Source: Octopus vulgaris (Eukaryota). Taken from it: DNA of 64,000 nt. The first letter of the stretch is position 1; each line of letters opens with the position of its first letter. Of this stretch, positions 54,061 through 63,443 are shown piece by piece. The stretch is from NCBI GenBank assembly GCA_951406725.2, contig OX597815.1, forward strand, positions 71,796,001-71,860,000, given 5' to 3'. The translations under genes were made by a program, and so were the position numbers. The notes under the pieces were generated by a model, which saw nothing but the letters and a program-made list of their open reading frames with translations, ran no database searches and had not been told where the DNA came from.

Positions 54061-54467
54061 TTCTGTTGTGTCTGGGGAGAGTAATTTTCTATTTGTGCCT
54101 TATAATGTAACACACTCACCAGTATAAGTAGAAATTTTACCGGTGAGTGTGTTACATAAGGCACAAAAAGAAAACGACTCTCCCCAGACACAACAGAATA
54201 TGCTTCAACACATGAACTCATAAAGAATCTTGCAAACCAAATCCAAAAACGAAATACATATACATACACACATATATATGAATATTTTTTAAATCTTAGG
54301 GAATAATACGTATTCCAGGTTATCAAGACATTTACTATTTTACATTTTACTAATGCAATGTAAACAGTATCATTTATAAATATTATTACAAATTTGGGAT
54401 TTTACCAATAGAACCGCAACTCCTATTTCAGGATAACCTTATTGTATGGCATACACATACAAAATTA

Positions 54468-55120
54468 TCTTTATATATATAAAACTGAGAATGTGTGTCT
54501 GTCTGTCTGTCTGTCTGTGTGTTTCCCTAAAACTTGAGAACTACACAACCAATTTCATTCAAATTTTACACATGCCTTACTTAGGGTCCGGGGAGTGTCA
54601 TCGGCAATTTTGAACTTTTTGCCTAGGGCGAGCCCACAGCAATATCATATCTTCTCCACTACGATTCCCTAAAACTTGAGAACTACACAACCAATTCCAT
54701 TCAAATTTTACACATGCCTTACTTAGGGTCCATGCAGTTTCAAGGGCAAAATAATGTTCAACTTCTTGCCTATAGCAATATCATATCTTCTCCACTATTT
54801 CAGTATTACGTGTTAAAAGTGAAACAAAAACGTTTCTCTATTTTATGTCAGATACTTTCACTTTAACAATAAAAATAAGAAGAATTGAATTATATGTAGT
54901 AAGTAATAATTAAAATCAAACTAAAGTAACATGACAAAAGTAAAAATAGCAATTGGTATAAAATTGCATCAATGATTTGAACTTGAATAAGTGGTTTCAC
55001 ATGAATGGGAATAAATTAAAAATAAAATTAGCGTACAGAAATGGAATAGTCCAGATGGATAATAAAAATTAAATTAAAGAAAAGACTATTGTCTATAAAG
55101 TATACAATGTAGAGAAAGGT
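54468..55120 (+). mobile_element. non-autonomous Helitron-like 5' portion
   Basis: A^TC start (TCTTTATATATATAAAA), subterminal (GTCT)n and an internal ~135 bp direct repeat (54523-54661 / 54665-54798); no 3' hairpin-CTRR end before the array; right boundary uncertain. Confidence 0.5.
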
Positions 55121-55284
55121 CGCGTTTTTTTTGCGCTCTGTAAAATTCGGTAAAAAAGAACAAAAAGCGTTGTTGTTGTTGTGGAAATTCTGAACGGCGT
55201 TGACGCGGTTTCGCGTTTCGCTCGTTCAGCGCGTTACACTTTTTCTGTTTTGGCGGCCGTTTTCGGTCTGTCAGACAGAAGGAA

Positions 55285-56700
55285 ATGGACTATGAGTCTT
55301 TAACAGACTTGTCCACGACAGATGAGGAACTGGAACAGGCAATTGCAGTGAAGCTGATGGAGGAAAAGGCTGGAGTTTTCGAGTCTTTATCAGACTTGTC
55401 TACATCTGAGGAGGAGCTAGAAATAGCAGTGAGGAAAATGGATCAGAAGCTGGGTTATACCTATGCCGGTGTAACCAAGAAGGCGGAAGAGAAAGGGGTC
55501 GACATGGCCAAGTTGCCAAGTTACCAGAAATACATGGAAAAGGAAAGCGGTGAGGTGGAACTATCACCGACACCCAGGAGAAAAGAATGGTATGATAAGA
55601 GGACCATTGTTTACAGGGTGTGCGCAAACGAAAGGAAGAGGGTAGAAGTTGTATCCATGGAATGGATAGAGGAAGCCCTGCGAAGAACTGAGGAGGAAAT
55701 AAATTTTCTGACTCGAGGATCCAAGTACGGGACCGTAGTTGTGCACTTTAAAAATGAATCTGCAGCGAGGAAGATGGCAGCGAAGGCAGTGAAGTCGGAA
55801 AAGGTAACACTGTTACCTACGTATTTAAACAGGAGGATTACACGAATAAGGGTGGAGGGAGTGCCACCAAACGTGGAGGCAGAATGGATTGTGGCGGCTG
55901 TGATCAGCGGCCACGAGGACGAAGTGGATATTCTCCATGCCTCGGTTAAGTCCGAGGGCTGGAGAGGCGTAACAGTGGAGCTGAACGTACAGGCAGAGAC
56001 CGAGGTACTGGTGGACCTGACGGAAAGCATCAGACTGGGAGAAGTGATCATGAGAGTGTGGGTGGAGGGCAGGGCTCCACGTTGTTACAAGTGTGGCCTG
56101 AGGGGTCACATAAGAGCCTTCTGCCCTCCCCAGGGAAAGAAATGGATCCCGAACCAGAGAGAGAAAAGCAGAAACCAGAGGAGAAGGAAACAGAGGAAGA
56201 GAATACACAGAAATGGAAGGAAGCTGGAAGTAAGAGGAAGAGAAGAATATGTGGAAAAAAAGAAAATAATATGGAACTCCAATCTACCCCAAAACCTCCC
56301 ACACCCTCTGAGTCCCACCCTATCCATGCAGACATTGAACCCACCCGCTCCCCCCAACAAGAAAACAAAAGAAAAAAAGAATACACACACACAAGAGATT
56401 GAAATCGAACCCAGGCCGTACATTTGTACTATGACTGAACAGAGGGAAGTTAAAAGTCTAATGGAAGAGTATAAATGGTATGATGTTGGAGAGACTAGGT
56501 ATGCTGTGATTGAAAAGAAGAACATAGGTGAGTTTATGGGGAGGTGTGAAAGGGAGAATTGGGAGGTGAAAGATATAAGAATGAGCGATGAATTCGTGGA
56601 AAATATGAATGAGTATTTCGGAGTAAGAATGGATATGGAATTTATTCGTATTGGCAAAGAACATTCAAGTGACTATGAAAAACAAAGGACAGGTAAGTGA
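55285..56700 (+). CDS. ORF1/Gag-like nucleic-acid-binding protein, unit 1 (type A)
   Basis: 471 aa, CYKCGLRGHIRAFC; three 1-bp homopolymer deletions relative to unit 3 shift and then restore the frame. Confidence 0.75.
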   Translation: MDYESLTDLSTTDEELEQAIAVKLMEEKAGVFESLSDLSTSEEELEIAVRKMDQKLGYTYAGVTKKAEEKGVDMAKLPSYQKYMEKESGEVELSPTPRRKEWYDKRTIVYRVCANERKRVEVVSMEWIEEALRRTEEEINFLTRGSKYGTVVVHFKNESAARKMAAKAVKSEKVTLLPTYLNRRITRIRVEGVPPNVEAEWIVAAVISGHEDEVDILHASVKSEGWRGVTVELNVQAETEVLVDLTESIRLGEVIMRVWVEGRAPRCYKCGLRGHIRAFCPPQGKKWIPNQREKSRNQRRRKQRKRIHRNGRKLEVRGREEYVEKKKIIWNSNLPQNLPHPLSPTLSMQTLNPPAPPNKKTKEKKNTHTQEIEIEPRPYICTMTEQREVKSLMEEYKWYDVGETRYAVIEKKNIGEFMGRCERENWEVKDIRMSDEFVENMNEYFGVRMDMEFIRIGKEHSSDYEKQRTGK

Positions 56701-56918
56701 TGCTGACGGACGGGGCCGTTGGTATTGCTTTCATTTTATCATTTTTTTTTCGTTTAACAATACATGTTCATAAAGTTTAATTATAATGTTCTATGTCCCC
56801 ATGTCTTTTGTTGTCCCCCTCTGTGTCGCCCCTTAGTGGGTAATAAAAAATCAGCTCGTTCAGCGCGTTACACTTTTTCTGTTTTGGCGGCCGTTTTCGG
56901 TCTGTCAGACAGAAGGAA

Positions 56919-58282
56919 ATGGACAACCCCTACCTGATGGGAGATACGGCTGCAGTTTTTGAGTCTTTAACAGACTTGTCTACGTCTGAGGAGGAGCTAG
57001 AAATAGCAGTGAGGAAAATGGATCAGAAGCTGGGTTATACCTATGCCGGTGTAACCAAGAAGGCGGAAGAGAAAGGGGTCGACATGGCCAAGTTGCCAAG
57101 TTACCAGAAATACATGAAAAAGGAAAGCGGTGAGGTGGAACTATCACCGACACCCAGGAGAAAAGAATGGTATGATAAGAGGACCATTGTTTACAGGGTG
57201 TGCGCAAACGAAAGGAAGAAGGTAGAAGTTGTATCCATGGAATGGATAGAGGAAGCCCTGCGAAGAACTGAGGAGGAAATAAATTTTCTGACTCGAGGAT
57301 CCAAGTACGGGACTGTAGTTGTGCACTTTAAAAGTGAATCTGCAGCGAGGAAGATGGCAGCGAAGGCGGTGAAGTCGGAAAAGGTAACACTGTTACCTAC
57401 GTATTTGAACAGGAGGATTACACGAATGAGGGTGGAGGGAGTGCCACCAAGCGTGGAGGCAGAATGGATTGTGGCGGCTGTGATCAGCGGCCACGAGGAC
57501 GAAGTGGATATTCTCCATGCCTCGGTTAAGTCCGAGGGCTGGAGGGGCGTAACAGTGGAGCTGAACGTGCAGGCAGAGACCGAGGTACTGGTGGACCTGA
57601 CGGAGAGCATCAGATTGGGAGAGGTGATCATGAGAGTGTGGGTGGAGGGCAGGGCTCCACGTTGTTACAAGTGTGGCCTGAGGGGTCACATAAGAGCCTT
57701 CTGCCCTCCCCCAGGGAAAGAAATGGATCCCGAACCAGAGAGAGAAAGCAGAAACCAGAGGAGAAGGAAACAGAGGAAGAGAATACACAGAAATGGAAGG
57801 AAGCTGGAAGTAAGAGGAAGAGAAGAATATGTGGAAAAAAAGAAAATAATATGGAACTCCAATCTACCCCAAAACCTCCCACACCCTCTGAGTCCCACCC
57901 TATCCATGCAGACATTGAACCCACCCGCTCCCCCCCAACAAGAAAACAAAAGAAAAAAAAGAATACACACACACAAGAGATTGAAATCGAACCCAGGCCG
58001 TACATTTGTACTATGACTGAACAGAGGGAAGTTAAAAGTCTAATGGAAGAGTATAAACGGTATGATGTTGGAGAGACTAGGTATGCTGTGATTGAAAAGA
58101 AGAACATAGGTGAGTTTATGGGGAGGTGTGAAAGGGAGAATTGGGAGGTGAAAGATATAAGAATGAGCGATGAATTCGTGGAAAATATGAATGAGTATTT
58201 CGGAGTAAGAATGGATATGGAATTTATTCGTATTGGCAAAGAACATTCAAGTGACTATGAAAAACAAAGGACAGGTAAGTGA
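56919..58282 (+). CDS. ORF1/Gag-like protein, unit 2 (type B N-terminus), one -1 frameshift near 57745
   Basis: ORFs 56919-58016 and 57638-58282 together rebuild the unit 3 protein; the shift lies in a GA/A run. Confidence 0.7.
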
Positions 58283-58499
58283 TGCTGACGGACGGGGCCG
58301 TTGGTATCGCTTTCATTTTATCATTTTTTTTCGTTTAACAATACATGTTCATAAAGTTTAATTATAATGTTCTATGTCCCCATGTCTTTTGTTGTCCCCC
58401 TCTGTGTCGCCCCTTAGTGGGTAATAAAAAATCAGCTCGTTCAGCGCGTTACACTTTTTCTGTTTTGGCGGCCGTTTTCGGTCTGTCAGACAGAAGGAA

Positions 58500-59918
58500 A
58501 TGGACTATGAGTCTTTAACAGACTTGTCCACGACAGATGAGGAACTGGAACAGGCAATTGCAATGAAGCTGATGGAGGAAAAGGCTGGAGTTTTCGAGTC
58601 TTTATCAGACTTGTCTACATCTGAGGAGGAGCTAGAAATAGCAGTGAGGAAAATGGATCAGAAGCTGGGTTATACCTATGCCGGTGTAACCAAGAAGGCG
58701 GAAGAGAAAGGGGTCGACATGGCCAAGTTGCCAAGTTACCAGAAATACATGAAAAAGGAAAGCGGTGAGGTGGAACTATCACCGACACCCAGGAGAAAAG
58801 AATGGTATGATAAGAGGACCATTGTTTACAGGGTGTTCGCAAACGAAAGGAAGAGGGTAGAAGTTGTAACCATGGAATGGATAGAGGAAGCCCTGCGAAG
58901 AACTGAGGAGGAAATAAATTTTCTGACTCGAGGATCCAAGTACGGGACCGTAGTTGTGCACTTTAAAAGTGAATCTGTAGCGAGGAAGATGGCAGCGAAG
59001 GCGGTGAAGTCGGAAAAGGTAACACTGTTACCTACGTATTTAAACAGGAGGATTACACGAATAAGGGTGGAGGGAGTGCCACCAAACGTGGAGGCAGAAT
59101 GGATTGTGGCGGCTGTGATCAGCGGCCACGAGGACGAAGTGGATATTCTCCATGCCTCGGTTAAGTCCGAGGGCTGGAGAGGCGTAACAGTGGAGCTGAA
59201 CGTACAGGCAGAGACCGAGGTACTGGTGGACCTGACGGAAAGCATCAGACTGGGAGAAGTGATCATGAGAGTGTGGGTGGAGGGCAGGGCTCCACGTTGT
59301 TACAAGTGTGGCCTGAGGGGTCACATAAGAGCCTTCTGCCCTCCCCCAGGGAAAGAAATGGATCCCGAACCAGAGAGAGAGAAGCAGAAACCAGAGGAGA
59401 AGGAAACAGAGGAAGAGAATACACAGAAATGGAAGGAAGCTGGAAGTAAGAGGAAGAGAAGAATATGTGGAAAAAAAGAAAATAATATGGAACTCCAATC
59501 TACCCCAAAACCTCCCACACCCTCTGAGTCCCACCCTATCCATGCAGACATTGAACCCACCCGCTCCCCCCCAACAAGAAAACAAAAGAAAAAAAAGAAT
59601 ACACACACACAAGAGATTGAAATCGAACCCAGGCCGTACATTTGTACTATGACTGAACAGAGGGAAGTTAAAAGTCTAATGGAAGAGTATAAACGGTATG
59701 ATGTTGGAGAGACTAGGTATGCTGTGATTGAAAAGAAGAACATAGGTGAGTTTATGGGGAGGTGTGAAAGGGAGAATTGGGAGGTGAAAGATATAAGAAT
59801 GAGCGATGAATTCGTGGAAAATATGAATGAGTATTTCGGAGTAAGAATGGATATGGAATTTATTCGTATTGGCAAAGAACATTCAAGTGACTATGAAAAA
59901 CAAAGGACAGGTAAGTGA
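58500..59918 (+). CDS. ORF1/Gag-like protein, unit 3 (intact, 472 aa)
   Basis: Acidic N-terminal repeats, RRM-like region (YGTVVVHF; RIRVEGVPP), CCHC knuckle at 59298-59339, basic KRKRR linker, C-terminal globular tail. Confidence 0.85.
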   Translation: MDYESLTDLSTTDEELEQAIAMKLMEEKAGVFESLSDLSTSEEELEIAVRKMDQKLGYTYAGVTKKAEEKGVDMAKLPSYQKYMKKESGEVELSPTPRRKEWYDKRTIVYRVFANERKRVEVVTMEWIEEALRRTEEEINFLTRGSKYGTVVVHFKSESVARKMAAKAVKSEKVTLLPTYLNRRITRIRVEGVPPNVEAEWIVAAVISGHEDEVDILHASVKSEGWRGVTVELNVQAETEVLVDLTESIRLGEVIMRVWVEGRAPRCYKCGLRGHIRAFCPPPGKEMDPEPEREKQKPEEKETEEENTQKWKEAGSKRKRRICGKKENNMELQSTPKPPTPSESHPIHADIEPTRSPPTRKQKKKKNTHTQEIEIEPRPYICTMTEQREVKSLMEEYKRYDVGETRYAVIEKKNIGEFMGRCERENWEVKDIRMSDEFVENMNEYFGVRMDMEFIRIGKEHSSDYEKQRTGK

Positions 59919-60134
59919 TGCTGACGGACGGGGCCGTTGGTATCGCTTTCATTTTATCATTTTTTTCGTTTAACAATACATGTTCATAAAGTTTAATTAT
60001 AATGTTCTATGTCCCCATGTCTTTTGTTGTCCCCCTCTGTGTCGCCCCTTAGTGGGTAATAAAAAATCAGCTCGTTCAGCGCGTTACACTTTTTCTGTTT
60101 TGGCGGCCGTTTTCGGTCTGTCAGACAGAAGGAG

Positions 60135-61547
60135 ATGGACTATGAGTCTCTAACAGATTTGTCCACGACAGATGAGGAACTGGAACAGGCAATTACAATG
60201 AAGCTGATGGAAGAAAAGGCTGGAGTTTTCGAGTCTTTATCAGACTTGTCTGAGAAGGAGCTAGAAATGGCAGCAAGGAAATTGGACGAGAAGCTGGGAT
60301 ATACCTATGCCGGTGTAGCCAAGAAGGCGGAAGAGAAAGGGGTCGACTTGGCCAAGCTACCAAGTTACCAGAAATACATGAAAAAGGAAAGCGGTGAGGT
60401 GGAACTATCACCGACACCCAGGAGAAAAGAATGGTATGATAAGAGGACCATTATTTACAGGGTGTTCGCAAACGAAAGGAAGAGGGTAGAAGTTGTAACC
60501 ATGGAATGGATAGAGGAAGCCCTGCGAAGAACTGAGGAGGAAATACATTTTCTGACTCGAGGATCCAAGTACGGTACCGTAGTTGTGCATTTCAAAACTG
60601 AGTCTGCAGCGAGGAAGATGGCGGCGAAGGCGGTGAAGTCAGAAAAGGTAACCCTATTACCTACGTATTTAAACAGGAGGATTACACGAATAAGGGTGGA
60701 GGGAGTGCCACCAAACGTGGAGGCAGAATGGATTGTGGCGGCTGTGATCAGCGGCCACGAGGACGAAGTGGATATTCTCCATGCCTCGGTTAAGTCCGAG
60801 GGCTGGAGAGGCGTAACAGTGGAGCTGAACGTACAGGCAGAGACCGAGGTACTGGTGGACCTGACGGAAAGCATCAGACTGGGAGAAGTGATCATGAGAG
60901 TGTGGGTGGAGGGCAGGGCTCCACGTTGTTACAAGTGTGGCCTGAGGGGTCACATAAGAGCCTTCTGCCCTCCCCCAGGGAAAGAAATGGATCCCGAACC
61001 AGAGAGAGAGAAGCAGAAACCAGAGGAGAAGGAAACAGAGGAAGAGAATACACAGAAATGGAAGGAAGCTGGAAGTAAGAGGAAGAGAAGAATATGTGGA
61101 AAAAAAGAAAATAATATGGAACTCCAATCTACCCCAAAACCTCCCACACCCTCTGAGTCCCACCCTATCCATGCAGACATTGAACCCACCCGCTCCCCCC
61201 CAACAAGAAAACAAAAGAAAAAAAAGAATACACACACACAAGAGATTGAAATCGAACCCAGGCCGTACATTTGTACTATGACTGAACAGAGGGAAGTTAA
61301 AAGTCTAATGGAAGAGTATAAACGGTATGATGTTGGAGAGACTAGGTATGCTGTGATTGAAAAGAAGAACATAGGTGAGTTTATGGGGAGGTGTGAAAGG
61401 GAGAATTGGGAGGTGAAAGATATAAGAATGAGCGATGAATTCGTGGAAAATATGAATGAGTATTTCGGAGTAAGAATGGATATGGAATTTATTCGTATTG
61501 GCAAAGAACATTCAAGTGACTATGAAAAACAAAGGACAGGTAAGTGA
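60135..61547 (+). CDS. ORF1/Gag-like protein, unit 4 (intact, 470 aa, variant 5' third)
   Basis: Open frame; differs from unit 3 mainly in 60135-60660. Confidence 0.85.
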   Translation: MDYESLTDLSTTDEELEQAITMKLMEEKAGVFESLSDLSEKELEMAARKLDEKLGYTYAGVAKKAEEKGVDLAKLPSYQKYMKKESGEVELSPTPRRKEWYDKRTIIYRVFANERKRVEVVTMEWIEEALRRTEEEIHFLTRGSKYGTVVVHFKTESAARKMAAKAVKSEKVTLLPTYLNRRITRIRVEGVPPNVEAEWIVAAVISGHEDEVDILHASVKSEGWRGVTVELNVQAETEVLVDLTESIRLGEVIMRVWVEGRAPRCYKCGLRGHIRAFCPPPGKEMDPEPEREKQKPEEKETEEENTQKWKEAGSKRKRRICGKKENNMELQSTPKPPTPSESHPIHADIEPTRSPPTRKQKKKKNTHTQEIEIEPRPYICTMTEQREVKSLMEEYKRYDVGETRYAVIEKKNIGEFMGRCERENWEVKDIRMSDEFVENMNEYFGVRMDMEFIRIGKEHSSDYEKQRTGK

Positions 61548-61764
61548 TGCTGACGGACGGGGCCGTTGGTATCGCTTTCATTTTATCATTTTTTTTCGTT
61601 TAACAATACATGTTCATAAAGTTTAATTATAATGTTCTATGTCCCCATGTCTTTTGTTGTCCCCCTCTGTGTCGCCCCTTAGTGGGTAATAAAAAATCAG
61701 CTCGTTCAGCGCGTTACACTTTTTCTGTTTTGGCGGCCGTTTTCGGTCTGTCAGACAGAAGGAA

Positions 61765-63127
61765 ATGGACAACCCCTACCTGATGGGAGATACGGCTGCA
61801 GTTTTTGAGTCTTTAACAGACTTGTCTACGTCTGAGGAGGAGCTAGAAATAGCAGTGAGGAAAATGGATCAGAAGCTGGGTTATACCTATGCCGGTGTAA
61901 CCAAGAAGGCGGAAGAGAAAGGGGTCGACATGGCCAAGGTGCCAAGTTACCAGAAATACATGAAAAAGGAAAGCGGTGAGGTGGAACTATCACCGACACC
62001 CAGGAGAAAAGAATGGTATGACAAGAGGACCATTGTTTACAGGGTGTGCGCAAACGAAAGGAAGAGGGTAGAAGTTGTATCCATGGAATGGATAGAGGAA
62101 GCCCTGCGAAGAACTGAGGAGGAAATAAATTTTCTGACTCGAGGATCCAAGTACGGGACCGTAGTTGTGCACTTTAAAAGTGAATCTGCAGCGAGGAAGA
62201 TGGCAGCGAAGGCGGTGAAGTCGGAAAAGGTAACACTGTTACCTACGTATTTAAACAGGAGGATTACACGAATAAGGGTGGAGGGAGTGCCACCAAACGT
62301 GGAGGCAGAATGGATTGTGGCGGCTGTGATCAGCGGCCACGAGGACGAAGTGGATATTCTCCATGCCTCGGTTAAGTCCGAGGGCTGGAGAGGCGTAACA
62401 GTGGAGCTGAACGTACAGGCAGAGACCGAGGTACTGGTGGACCTGACGGAAAGCATCAGACTGGGAGAAGTGATCATGAGAGTGTGGGTGGAGGGCAGGG
62501 CTCCACGTTGTTACAAGTGTGGCCTGAGGGGTCACATAAGAGCCTTCTGCCCTCCCCCAGGGAAAGAAATGGATCCCGAACCAGAGAGAGAGAAGCAGAA
62601 ACCAGAGGAGAAGGAAACAGAGGAAGAGAATACACAGAAATGGAAGGAAGCTGGAAGTAAGAGGAAGAGAAGAATATGTGGAAAAAAAGAAAATAATATG
62701 GAACTCCAATCTACCCCAAAACCTCCCACACCCTCTGAGTCCCACCCTATCCATGCAGACATTGAACCCACCCGCTCCCCCCAACAAGAAAACAAAAGAA
62801 AAAAAGAATACACACACACAAGAGATTGAAATCGAACCCAGGCCGTACATTTGGACTATGACTGAACAGAGGGAAGTTAAAAGTCTAATGGAAGAGTATA
62901 AACGGTATGATGTTGGAGAGACTAGGTATGCTGTGATTGAAAAAAAGAACATAGGTGAGTTTATGGGGAGGTGTGAAAGGGAGAATTGGGAGGTGAAAGA
63001 TATAAGAATGAGCGATGAATTCGTGGAAAGTATGAATGAGTGTTTCGGAGTAAGAGTGGATATGGAATTTATTCGTATTGGCAAAGAACATTCAAGTGAC
63101 TATGAAAAACAAAGGACAGGTAAGTGA
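61765..63127 (+). CDS. ORF1/Gag-like protein, unit 5 (type B), frameshifted in C/A homopolymers near 62780-62805
   Basis: ORFs 61765-62829 and 62678-63127 together rebuild the protein; C6 vs C7 and A7 vs A8 relative to unit 3. Confidence 0.7.
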
Positions 63128-63443
63128 TGCTGACGGACGGGGCCGTTGGTATCGCTTTCATTTTATCATTTTTTCGTTTAACACTTCATGTTCATATAGT
63201 TTAATTATAATGTTCTATGTCCCCATGTTTTGTTATGTCCGCCATTCTTCGTAGCCCCTTAGTGGGTAATAAAGAAATACGCGTTTTTTTGCGCTCAGTA
63301 AAATTCGGTTAAAAAAGAAAAAAGAACAAAAAGTGAATTGTGGTTGCGGAATTGGAACGTCGGTTGGTGCGGTTTCGCGTCGCACTGGTTCTGTGCGTCG
63401 CACGTTTTCTGTTCGGGAGGCCGTTTTTCGGTCTGAGGCGACT

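Noticed and set aside
55285-63127. LTR retrotransposon gag genes or host CNBP/ZCCHC genes
   Set aside because: No LTRs, PBS, PPT or protease; the similarity is to the Tx1 ORF1 in this window.
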